A DNA stretch of 64,000 bases from Octopus vulgaris (taxonomy: Eukaryota): NCBI GenBank assembly GCA_951406725.2, contig OX597815.1, positions 205,282,001 through 205,346,000 on the forward strand, given 5' to 3'. Within the stretch, counting starts at the first letter, position 1. The number at the start of each line of letters is the position of its first letter. A model generated the notes under the pieces. It had not been told where the DNA came from, searched no databases, and saw only the letters and a list, made by a program, of their open reading frames with translations. Below, in pieces: positions 49,787 to 61,983 of this stretch. The translations under genes and the position numbers were made by a program.

Positions 49787-49993
49787 GTGACAGCTGTCCT
49801 GGCAGGTCAAGAAGAAGACAATATTGGCGGTCAAGAAATACCTAAGCAAAACTGGTCTGGTATAGGTATGGAACTGACTTTACAATCTAAGTAGGACCAT
49901 ATCGACCAGCTGCCCGATCTAATCGATCTCCCGGATGGTACTCACCTGCCGGTGTTAGTGGAGGGTGGAAAGCCAAGATGCCATATATGTAGA

Positions 49994-50351
49994 GGCGGTT
50001 GGATGGAACCTACACTCGCCTCCTTATGAGAGCTCAAAATCTCTCGTGGAAGCGTCATCCAACCAAAATGCAAATATATGGGAAACTACCACCTGTGTCA
50101 TCTCTTGTGAAAGGTAGGAGAGTCCAGTTTGCTGGACATTGCTGTAGAGCTGAAAAAGAGGTAATTTCTACTCTTCTCCTTTGGAAGCCATCTACTCGCA
50201 ATACGAGAGGGCGCACACTCTCCTACCCTGATGTAATCTCCAGGGATACAGGCATCCAGCAACAGGACCTCCGTAATGCCATGATGGACCGTGAAGTCTG
50301 GCGTAGCATGGGAAATTCCATTGTCTCGACCACGGTCGAACAATGATGATG
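49994..50351 (+). mobile_element. 5'-truncated RTE-like LINE 3' end (second family) nested in the Tx1 zinc knuckle
   Basis: 'LDGTYTRLLMRAQNLSWKRHPT...RRVQFAGHCCR...MMDREVWR' followed by a (TGA)n tail. Confidence 0.85.
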
Positions 50352-53300
50352 AGATCTGTCACTCACTTAAAGGCTTTCTGCCCTGAAACAAGAAAGAATA
50401 AAATCCCGCTGTTGCCATCGCTACAAACACTAAAACCGCAAAATCATGAACAAGTGCTCAAGATTTCTACACCCACACCAACGCTCTCACCCACTCCCAA
50501 ACCAAGACATAGAAGGAGTCTACCTCCAGTTGCCATGGAAAAGCAAGCTTCTCCTTAATGCTCTACCTTGGAGAAAGAAGAGCTGAACGATCAAGGGATC
50601 ACAGTGACAAAAATGGGGAGGGGAAAGAGGAGGAGAGTACGTAGCCCTCCCTACTCCGAGAAATCAACAAAAACATATTCTGAAACCACACAATTCATAA
50701 CCACTCCAACAAAAAACAACAAGAGCAAGAACAACAACATAAAAACAGCAACATCATCAACTACAGCATGAAATCACAGAAACACAGAAATAACCAATTG
50801 CAGAATTTCAAAAACAAAAATATTCATCAGACTGTAGAGGAAATGTATTCATCAATTTCACTGTTGTGAACAAGTGCAACAGTGAATTGATGGATTTTGT
50901 AAGTCAAAACAAAAACAAAATAGAGACAGAGGGAAAGGAATTTGAGGATGAAATCCTCAAAACTCCGAAGGACAGATTTTTAATTAAAACGTTCTCAGAC
51001 GTTTATAAAACTATAAGAGAAAAAAATGTCGTGAGGGGATTTTTAAAAAAATCAGTTGACAAAAGGTTGTTGCGCCTTTTAAAAAATTTTCGCCAGTAGA
51101 GGGGCCTGGAATTTCCGGGCTTCTCGAAAATCAAGGTGAGTAACCTCCTCATTTTCTTTCTTCGGCTAGTATGGCTGTGCTGAGAATAGGGTCTGTGAAT
51201 GTGCGTGGCCTGGAAGCAAGGTCACTTGCTCAATGATCTCAGGTCGCTTGATTTGGATGTGACTGCCTTTAGTGAATCACGGATCTCCGGAAAACACGCT
51301 CTAGCATCTTGTGGTCTATCAGGAGCGAATAGTGGTGTAGCAGTGCTACTCCGGGAATCCTAAGATCTCCAAGTACGGACTATTTTCCTGGACCCAGATG
51401 GCAGGTGGTGGTCCTGGACGTGAATGGCAGCGAAGGTGGCGCCTTTAGACTGGTGGTGGTTTATGCCCCAACAGGGGCTGGAAAGCCAGATTTCTTCAGG
51501 CGCCTAGAAACATTCTTGGGAACGTCTCGCACTTTAGTACTAGTGAGGGACTGGAATAGTATTGTGGCCGCACGGGAGTAGTGTGTGGGTTTAGTACACA
51601 GTAGAAGTGGGGTGTAAAAGCCTCGAAAACCTGCTCAGGACTTTCCAACTTTCTGATAGGTACCGACTGGATTTCCCTGGTGTGCCAATGCGAACATGGA
51701 GCAGCTATAGCGAGTCGTCCAGATCGTATTTAGATAGAGTATTTGTTAGGTTAGAAGATAGGGATAACATAGGTTGTCCACAATTTAAATTGTCGGCTAC
51801 ACAGATCACAAATTTCTTATATGCCCAGTCGATTTAGATAGGACCCGGTTACTGGAAGTTGAATGCGTCCTTACCGGCTCGCAAAATCTACAGGGACTGG
51901 ATTAGCGAACTAGTTAAACAGCAGTTGACGGGGACTACATCAACAACCGATGGTGGATCGCTCTGAAGAGAACGATTAGAGTAGAATCGATAGCGTTTAG
52001 CAAAGATTTAGCAACAGAAAGAAATAGATAAGAGGGAAACTAGAAGAGTCTATTAGTAAAGGCATCGAGACCAACGTGTTAGCGACAAGAATGGCCCTTG
52101 ACCATTTCTTTGAGGTGAAACACGAAGGGTGCGTTGTCAGAGCTAAGGTCCGTGTGTTTAAACACTTAGGACGAAGTAGAGACGCGACGTGAGAACAAAA
52201 CCACGAACAAGTCTTTGATGGATCAGGACGGATGCATATTACTTGGTTCTGAGCAGATCTGTGTGGCTTTCCAGCAGCACTTTGCGTGGCTGTTTGAGGA
52301 GGGTGATGGGTCGACGACGGTAGCGGACTTTACTTTGGACCTAGACGGTTTACCACGGCTCTCGGTAACGGACGCGAGACTCTGCCACCGAAATACAGGA
52401 AGCGATAAGCGATTGCACAAGTCGCAACTCACCCGGTTTGAATGGTCTGTCATACGAATTCTATGTTTTCATGCCAGATTAGTTTGGCAGCCTTTTGGCT
52501 GATGTCTATAGTAACTGGCAGCAGAACAGGAGAATTCCTTGTGTTGTTAGCCGGGATGTAGTAACACTGCTGAGAAAGGACGCCGATAATGGGGAAGTAC
52601 TAGGGAATTTTCGGCCGATAACTTTGCTAAACACAGAGTTTAAGATTGTGGCCAAGGTGTTAACGAAAAGGTTGGCGCTTGTCGTTGGTAATCTGGTCGG
52701 GGAGGCACAAAATCCCTAGTAGGTCTATCCACGACAATATCCACCTTATGTGAAACATCGTAGAGAAGGCTGGGACTAAAGCTGGTTTCGGTGGCGCCCT
52801 GATCAATTTAGATCAGTCGAAAGCTTTCGATAGAGTAGATCATTGCTACTTGGAAGTAGTCCTTAAAGCGGCCGATTTCGGACCCGTTTCCAGAGGCTGG
52901 ATTGCTGCAATTCACAGCAGTACCTGCTCGGTGGTCAAAGTAAATGGCCACCTATCGGAACCGTTTAATATCGCACGTTCGGTCTGTCAGGACTACCCAC
53001 TGTCACCTCTTCTGTAAGTGCTGCTCTCGAGCCATTGTTGCGGAAATTGGAACAGTTAAGAGGCCTCCCTTTTGAAATTAGACTCGGGTGGGCAGTGTCT
53101 GCTTAGACAGACGACATCACTGTCAGGGTGTCGGTGCCTCCGAAGTGGAGACGCAGGGCTTCATTGTAAAGGAATATGAGTCGATTGCAAGGACCAAAAT
53201 TAACGCCGACAAGTCGGTGGGATTGCGACTGAGCTCCTGAAGAAGTAGATCGATGCCGTCGGACGCTGGACTGACGGACCAGTTAAACTGCTCGGGGACT

Positions 53301-54359
53301 GGTTTGGTCCCGACCTCCAGGTGGATAAGAATTTGGAAGAGAGTGGCCTGTCTTACCTAGAAATGGGCAGAAAGGAAGTTGTCCTTGAAAGGTTAGGTTG
53401 AGGTGGCGAATGTCTACGTCGCCTCTGTCATTATTTATCGTCTGACCGTTGTGCCTTGCCCTAGTTACTACTTGATTAGATTGGGACGTATCCTGTTTTT
53501 CTTGTGGAACGGACGCGTTTCAATGGTCAGGCGGTCGATCTGCTGCCATCTCCCTCTGCGTGGAGGCTTAGGCATGCCATGGCTTTTGATGCACAGACAC
53601 GCAATCAGGTTGCGCCACCTGCAACGATTTCTAGAAGGTGAACGTACGTGGGCTCCGTTTATGAGACACGCCTTTTTGCAGCGCGTCTCCTTGACGGAGC
53701 TGCAGTCCTGGATAAAGGATAGACCGAGACAGCGCCTGGCACTTAGAATGTCATCAGACGCTCACTGTCCTCTACAAATCGGGCAATAGGATCGGTGATT
53801 GTTCCACTTTAGCTATATACAGAAAATTAGTAGCAGGGAAGTGCAACGACGTCTTCGGGGAGAGCCTAGGCGTCGACGAAGACGAACTGGCAAGTCTATT
53901 CCAGAGGACATTACTATGGATAATCAGCTGCTGTCACTCTGTCAGGTGAGTCCATAATGATGATTGCCCCGCCACCCTCCTTTAATCGTACAGGCAAGGC
54001 AGTTTTTCTGCTGGTGGCTGTGGCAAAAGAGGTTTTCTGGTGGACGAGGCTGAAAGGAACGAGGACAAAAACATTCTTCTTTGGTAAAGCCCTCATAGAC
54101 TTTTTAAGTTTTCACTTGAAAAGGAAAGTGAGGGTGGAGAGAGAAGAGCTGTCTTTGAGTGAATTTATGAAAAGGTGGGTGAAAGTTGCGAAAATGGCAA
54201 GAGTGGATTATACCACTCTCAGTGTAGACCTGTGAGTTGGAGAGGGCTCTTGTCCTTAGTATTCAGGGTGATCTTGGATGGTGGGGTTCCTTGATTGTCC
54301 CTAGAAGTTCTCCTGTATCAGAGGGACCACATCACTATCACTTTTTTTCTAGTATCATA

Positions 54360-54754
54360 TCTTTATATATAAAACTGAAGTTGTGTGCTGTCTGTCTCCT
54401 ACGATTTAGATTCCTAACTACTCCCACATTTTGCGGTGCAGTTTAACCAAAACCGGGTATCTTATAGTCGTGATTCATATCGAGCCCTTCTGGGTATTAG
54501 CGCGCGTCTACGATGAGTCTACGATTTTAAAAAAAATTTACCATCATTTTTTCCCATTTTTAATGCATTTTTGGCATATATAAGGGAAGTAAGTCTCTAA
54601 AAATTTATTATTAAATCTCAGAACGTAAAAAGCTACAGTAACACTCCACTTTGTGGTTAGCCATATTGAGATGGCTATTATACTTTACATCTCTAAAAAT
54701 GCTTATATAGTTATCTCCCTTACAAACCCGAGCAACGCCGGGCGATACTGCTAG
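54360..54754 (+). mobile_element. Non-autonomous Helitron nested in the Tx1 3' UTR
   Basis: a|TCtttatatataaaactgaag ... hairpin plus CTAG|t. Confidence 0.9.
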
Positions 54755-54907
54755 TATTATATATACTTTCCTTCTAATATATACCATGTATACTTTTTAT
54801 TTTATTATTTCATCATATGTAAAACCCAACACCTTGTCTTTGTATTGTCCCCCTCATCCTTTGCCCTTGTGGCAAATATAAGAAATCATTAATATTATCA
54901 TTATTAT

Positions 54908-55458
54908 TGAGTGAGAGAGCTGTGCATGCCATCAAAGTGACACTGCGGTACAAATATATGAAGCCCAGTATACCCATTATGACTACCCGTCTGATAAGGG
55001 TACACCAGGTACATGCATCACAACCATATGTGTGTGACATGGTGATCTCATATCAAGATAAACAGCACATGACCTTGCAAGTGGGGCCCAGTTAGAATTT
55101 TCTTCTGGTCGAGTAACCCATCCCACTCAAAAGGTCCTTGAATAAGGGTTGTTTAAGGATGTTGAAAGAACCACCCATGTTTCCAGAGATGAATTATTCA
55201 AACCCCAGAGAAACCCTCTCAACACATGGCTATGATGCTCCCCCTCTACTTCTGCTTGTGATCAGAGATGCTCATATCGTCAGCCACTAAGGGACATGCT
55301 CAACTGGTTAAGGTCAAACAACTGACAAGCAAATCTGTGGCATTGAGCAGAATATTTGCTGTAGTCCATCTTTTTATACCAAGACAAAACAATGTACATG
55401 ATAAGAGTTCCAATCAGTTAAGATCAGAAGTCACGAGAGCCACTGCCTGGTACTGCAA
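54908..55458 (-). mobile_element. Family D repeat
   Basis: Collinear with 47305-47860. Confidence 0.8.
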
Positions 55459-55839
55459 GCTTTGTGTGCCTTGGTTATGTGCTGTGGTTTACCTGTCACT
55501 ACATTCTGAGTTCAAATGCCGCCAAGGTCGACTTTGCCTTTCATCCTTTCAGGGCTGATAAATCAGTGACTTACTGGGGTTGATGTAATCGACCTCTCTC
55601 CCAAAATGGCAGGTCATGTGGCAAAATTCGAAACCATTAGCATTGTTGTTGTTGTTGTTGCTGTTGTTGTTATAAACCTGACTTATGCTGAAATGGCTTT
55701 CCTATATGGTTAGCTCCATTCTCAATCTATATTTGGTACTTACTGACATACTTTATCTAACGAGATTCAATGATTTTCGACATAAATTGACTGGAACATA
55801 TCTTCTCTCTGTGCATGATTCTCCCAGTAAGCATGTCTG

Positions 55840-56149
55840 ATGTGCGTGTGTGTCTGTGTGTATGTGTGTAATGTGTGTGTGTGTGTGTGTCTGTGTGTGT
55901 GTCTGTGTGTGTGTGTGTAATGTGTGTGTAATGTGTGTGTGTGTGTCTGTGTGTGTGTCTGTGTATGTGTGTGTCTGTGTGTGTGTGTGTAATGTGTGTG
56001 TGTGTGTATGTGTGTGTGTGTGATGTGTGTGTGAGTGTGATGTGTGTGTGTGTGATGTGTGTGTGTGTGATGTGTATGTTTGTGTCTGTGATGTGTGTGT
56101 GTGTGTGATGTGTGTCTGTGTGTGTGTGATGTGTTTGTGTGTTTGTGTC

Positions 56150-56221
<72 letters not shown>

Positions 56222-56350
56222 TATGTGTGTGTGTCTGTGTGTATGCATGCACACTCACATGGGAGAAGCATGCTAATACATATGTGCATTCATGCACATA
56301 TGCACACATGACCATGCACTCATATGCATGCACAGACATGCATTCATATA

Positions 56351-56390
<40 letters not shown>
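55840..56390. repeat. Long imperfect (TG)n microsatellite
   Basis: Directly visible. Confidence 0.95.
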
Positions 56391-56391
<1 letters not shown>

Positions 56392-56687
56392 ATATAGGAA
56401 AGCATGAGTAAGAGGTGTAGATTATGAATGAATGCCAGGGCCATTGTTTCTTTAAATATGACTTAATACTTAATACAATTGGTGGAAAGACAATGGAGGA
56501 AGAGAAAGGTGGGGAGGGGGAGAGCAAAGATAAAGGTGGAAGAGAGAAGGAGAAAAAGGAAGAGAAAGAGGGAGAGTAAAGGGAGAGTGACGAGGGAGAG
56601 TAAAGGGAGAGAAGAGAGGAACAAAAGTAAATTTGGACAGTCTACTTATTGCCCTCCGGTATTGAACATAAATAGGAAGTCATAAGG

Positions 56688-56721
56688 TTACTACTACTAC
56701 AACTACTACTACTACTACTAC

Positions 56722-56763
<42 letters not shown>

Positions 56764-56844
56764 TACCACCACCACCACCACCCCCACCACTGCCACTAGC
56801 ACCAACAACACCAATAGTAGTAGGAGTAGTAGTAGCAGCAGCAG

Positions 56845-56877
<33 letters not shown>

Positions 56878-57043
56878 GGTGGTGGTGGTGGTGGTGGTGG
56901 TGGTGGTGGTGGTGGTGGCGGTTGGTGGTGGTGGTGGTGGTGGTTGTGGTGGCTGGTGGCTGGTTGTGGTGGCGGCGGCGGCGGTGGTGGTGGTGGTAGT
57001 AGTAGTCGTAGTAGTAGTAATAGTAGTAGTAGTAGTGATGGTG

Positions 57044-57079
<36 letters not shown>

Positions 57080-57110
57080 GCAGCAGCAGCAGCAATTGTT
57101 GTAGTAGTAA
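56688..57110. repeat. Compound trinucleotide array (CTA)n(TAA)n(CAC)n...(GTA)n(GTG)n(GTA)n(GCA)n
   Basis: Directly visible. Confidence 0.95.
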
Positions 57111-57424
57111 TTTCTTTATCAACATCAAAGACTTACCTATCATAACACAAAATATTAGAGGCAGAAAGAAGAGTTTCAAAACATGCAGTACTGACCATGC
57201 AGTACAACACACGAACAGGGGTGGTGGAGGGGGAAAACATGGAACAGGTTAAAAATGAATGCAATATATAAAATATAGAAAGAGACCTGTCCACAAAGGA
57301 GCAGGAACCCACGAACTAGGGAATTCCCTTCTCTATCTTGTCTGCAATCTAAAGATGGAATTCAGTTTCACCATTAGCACTCACTTTTCATCGAATTTGC
57401 TCAAAGGAAGCATTTCTTACTCCG

Positions 57425-57918
57425 AGAGACGACTGCGCTGCTGGTATGGTCATGTGGCGAGAATGGAGGAGGATAGCTGTGTGAAAAAGTGCCACACCCT
57501 AGCGGTTGAGGGAACCTATGGAAGAGGTAGACCCAGGAAGACCTGGGATGAAGTGGTGAAGCACAACCTTCGAGCAGCCAACTGGCTTCCATGCCAGTGG
57601 CACGTAAAAGGGCACCATTTGAGCGTGATCGTTACCAACGTCGCCGTACTGGTACCTGTGCCGGTGGCATGTGTAAAAAGATTCAAGCGAGGTCATTGCC
57701 AGTACCGCCTGACTGGCCCCCATGCCGGTGGCACATAAAAAGCACCCACTACACTCTCGGAGTGGTTGGCATTAGGAAGGGCATCCAGCTGTAGAAACTC
57801 TGCCAGATCAAGATTGGAGCCTGGTGCAGCCATCTGGTTTGCCAGCCCTCAGTCAAAATCGTCCAACCCATGCTAGCATGGAAAGCAGACGTTAAACGAT
57901 GATGATGATGATGATGAT
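57425..57918 (+). mobile_element. RTE LINE 3' fragment with internal deletion
   Basis: '[50 protein letters not shown]' joined directly to the 3' UTR and (gat)n tail. Confidence 0.9.
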
Positions 57919-57972
57919 CCTCACTTTCTGTTTCAAGTGATACTTGAGGAAATTAATGATCATTGCTTAGAT

Positions 57973-58722
57973 CAGTGGTTCTCAACCTGGGTCCACATGA
58001 CCCCTGAGGGTCAATATCAGATTTATAGATACCTACAAAAGCAAAATAGTAAATTGGGAGAAAAACAGAGTGTGTTAAGGCCCAGTAAAAAATTTTGCTT
58101 GAGATGTGTTTCTTGCACGAAACAGCTAGGTTTTTCTCTCTCCCTTATTTCAGCCTACACAAGTAAATGTGTGAATAACAAAATAGGAATTTTGAAAGAA
58201 ATATCTATAAAACTATAGGCGCAGGAGTGGCTATGTGGTAAGTAACTTGCTAACCAACCACATGGTTCCGGGTTCAGTCCTACTGCGTGGCACCTTGGGC
58301 AAGTGCTTTCTGCTATAGCCCCGGGCCGACCAATGCCTTGTGAGTGGATTTGGTAGACGGAAACTGAAAGAAGCCCAACGTATATAAGTATATATATATA
58401 TATATATGTGTATGTGTGTCTGTGTTTGTCCCCCTAGCATTGCTTGACAACCGATGCTGGTGTGTTTACGTCTCCGTCACTTAGCGGTTCAGCAAAAGAG
58501 ACCGATAGAATAAGTACTGGGCTTACAAAGAATAAGTCCTGGGGTCGATTTGCTCGACTAAAGGCGGTGCTCCAGCATGGCCGCAGTCAAATGACTGAAA
58601 CAAGTAAAAGAGAGTAAAGAGTAAAACTAGTTAATAAACATTGAATGGCTATGGTGGGGGAGTCTACCAGAGTAAAATAGTAATCAAAGGGATCCATAGA
58701 TAAAAATTGGTTGAGAACCACT
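57973..58722. mobile_element. hAT (Charlie-like) MITE interrupted by a SINE family A copy (58217-58621, plus strand)
   Basis: TIRs cagtggttctcaacc / ggttgagaaccact. The SINE has TSD TAAAACTA at 58208-58215 and 58622-58629. Confidence 0.8.
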
Positions 58723-59209
58723 TTGTTGGGTAGATAGAGATCTGTCATCAAGCCATATAAATATATCTGCTTGTGATGACATTGTTGTCCATAGCATCAC
58801 ATGTTAGCAATGTTTGAACACTGAATGTGTATATGGAAAATTCCTCTGTCACTCATTGCTCATTTTGGAAAGTACTTCAGACTGAATTACATAGGCTGTT
58901 GATCTTTGTTGACACCCAAAGTCTCTTTGATAATGGCATCACTCACTGCTATTAACCCTCCAGAATGATAAAATGTTAGTATTGCCATTGTCAGTTTACT
59001 GACTCCATTGCCAAACTGGAAGAGTAATGTGAGCTATTTACAACTTTCCAGATACTAAGTTCCCAATTTTGGTTTATGCTTGCATTAAAGTTGTAATTCT
59101 GTCAAAGAGATGAGCTACAGAAAGACATGCATCACAAATGGTGACTACACCAGCCAGGCCATACCTGCTACCTGTGAAAAATGCATTTTGCTTTTATTTA
59201 TTTATTTAT

Positions 59210-59618
59210 TTACTCTCTTTTACTTATTTCAGTCATTTGACTGTGGCCATGCTGGGGCACCGCCTTTAGTCGAGCAAATCGACCCCAGGACTTATTCTCT
59301 GGAAGCCTAGTACTTATTCTATCGGTCACTTTTGCCGAACCACTAAGTTACAGGGACATAAACACACCAGCATCGGTTGTCAAGCGATGGTGGGAGGACA
59401 AACACAGACACACAAACATATATATATATATATATATATATATACAAACATATATATGACGGACTTCTTTCAGTTTCCATCTACCAAATCGACTCACAAG
59501 GCTTTGGTCAGCCCGTGGCTATAGTAGAAGACACTTGCCCAAGGTGTCATGCAGTGGGACTGAACCCGGAACCATGTGGTTGGTAAGCAAGCTACTTACC
59601 ACACAGCCACTCCTACGT
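59210..59618 (-). mobile_element. SINE family A, full length
   Basis: Reverse complement of the family A sequence, within (TTTA)n. Confidence 0.9.
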
Positions 59619-61321
59619 CTATTTATTTATTTATTTATTTAACACCTTGGCCAGAATTCAGCATTCAGCAGAATTGAGTACCTGAAAAAGTCTAACATGC
59701 TCACAGTTCTCACATTCTTCTTCAATACCACCAGCACTTACCAGTTCCTAAAACAGGGAATTCTCCTGCTTTGATGCCAGTTGAGGTAGTGGTCTGCCAA
59801 AACAGGAACTAACAATGAATTTCACAGGGAAAACCATCCAGGCCCAGAGATATACTTCCCATGCAGACAGAGACACCGTTCACTATACCAGTAAATAGAA
59901 TGTAATTTTCCCAACTACTGTACATTCTGTGCCATGATTCACAGCAGACTGTCAATGTAGACACTGAAGCCATCATTACTCACAAAGAGGTTTCTCTAGG
60001 CTTTTCCTAAACAACCCAGTCACTTCAAGCAACTTGTGATGATTGAAAGAAAGCATGTCTTGTAGTCTACCAGGAAAAGCACAAGCATCTTATCAATGGC
60101 TACCACATCTAAATCAGATTATTTGAGATTGTTGAATGGGTGGCAGTACTGCCTGACTGTCACCAGCTACATGTATTCACAAATCTGATTTTCCATTGTG
60201 CCATAGTTCCTTCTAGTCAATGGGAAATTAATAGAATTAGTGGATACTTGACTCAGAGCTCTTTTTGTTTTTTTACCCCTCTTTGGAAGACCAGAAGGGA
60301 ACCACTAGTACTTTCAGCTATGATGTCCTCTACATCCTCTGGAGAGAATGAATGCATCTCCTTAGCTGTTAATAGACTTTCAGTGTGATTCTCACAAACA
60401 ATTTTTTTTTAATGTACAGAACAAGTCTTTTATCTCATCTCCAGCTAATAAAATGATTTTCTTATCTAGTTTTATCTTCCTCAGCAGCTCCATCAACTTT
60501 ACTTTCTCCTTTCAGACAATTGTGAAGTTGTGATACAGCTGGGAGACAGCCAAGAAAAAAGGGGAAAAAAAAAACTTTGATTGGCTGATATTATTCATGC
60601 CATAATGAAACAGAGGTATTTAAAATACAAAAGCAGCATCCAAGGTAAAGATCAACCAATTGAAATTTTTGAAAACTAAAGACCAATGTAAGAGAATCTG
60701 GTATCTAAAGCTAATTTCAATAAAAGACATGTTTTAGTCTTATCAAACCTCCTCAACTAACCATACTCTGCTCAGTTGTCAAGATTTTGAACTGATCGAT
60801 ATATTTTATTATCTACATTGTCTGTTTACTCTGGAAACTTTTGGCTAGTTGATCATATTGGAGTTGTCTCCCTTAGATTTTAAACACTACTTGGGGGAGT
60901 TTCTATCTTCTACATGTGTGGGTAATCTTTCTTCCAGTCACTGTATTTGAGACTGTACAGTATGTGTATTTAGTAAACAGAGCATTCCTCTGAAGTACTT
61001 CACTCAGCCATATTATGGATATAATACAATACATTAATGCTTGATGTATTCAAATCAATGACCACCTCCTTTTCCTAAAGACTTCTTTATTTCCATCAGC
61101 TAATGAGTATATCCCAGCCTCTTCTGCTTCACCTCCTCATTATATGCATTAATTTCAGAATGAAGTCGACTGCTTTTCATTAAAAGTCCAAATTGCCTTT
61201 GATTGTAGAATGTATGAATTGTATGAATGTGTTTGTGTGTGCACGTATATGTGTTGTTTTGTGAATAAGTTCTTATCGTCATCGTCATCATCATCATCAT
61301 CATCATCATAATCATCATTTA

Positions 61322-61858
61322 ACAGGAGTGGCTGTGTGGTAAGTAGCTTGCTTACCAACCACATGGCACCTTGGGCAAGTGTCTTCTACTATAGCCTCAG
61401 GTTGACCAAAGTCTTGTGAGTGAATTTGGTCGACGGAAACTGGAAGAAGCCTGTCATATATATGTATATATATATATACATATATATACATATATATATA
61501 TATATTAATAAATAAAATATAACATATGCATATATATAAACATATATGTACGTACCTACCTCTACATGTACATATACACGCATATATGAGTACAGGACAC
61601 CAAAAGGACGTCGAACACAACGAGAAACGAAAACATAGACACAAACCAAAGGAACTGGACATTTATTTAAAAACAGCAAAAAAAATAGAGTACAGGACAA
61701 TTAACACAAAGAAAAAACCCTTCTTCAGTCGCTAAAGGTTTCATCTACTCTACGTTTCGAAGGATAAAAGTGAGACGTATCTTCGACAAGAAAACTTTCC
61801 TTCCTGCGAAAAGCAAATCAATTAAAATTCTGAGATCTTTTCGCAGAGGGGTAAAAAA

Positions 61859-61899
<41 letters not shown>

Positions 61900-61941
61900 G
61901 TGTATATATATATATATATGTGTAAATATATATATATAAGG

Positions 61942-61983
<42 letters not shown>

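Larger units (their letters stand above)
48071..54887 (+). mobile_element. Near full-length decayed Tx1-clade (L1 group) LINE: ORF1 about 48440-51099 with a CCHC knuckle; ORF2 51171-54235 with APE and RT
   Basis: ORF2 begins MAVLRIGSVNVRGL (APE). It contains 'LVVVYAP', 'YLDRVFV', 'GPGYWKLN', 'NFRPITLLNTEFKIVAKVL', 'DQSKAFDRVDH', 'SA*TDDI' and 'PLRGGLGMP', with many stops and frameshifts. The 5' boundary is inferred from the end of the (ATT)n tract. Confidence 0.9.

Noticed and set aside
47305-55458. Family D copies at 47305 and 54908 as paired LTRs of one retrotransposon
   Set aside because: The interior is a Tx1 non-LTR element with APE and RT, there are no TG...CA ends or PBS, and a third independent copy lies at 9075.
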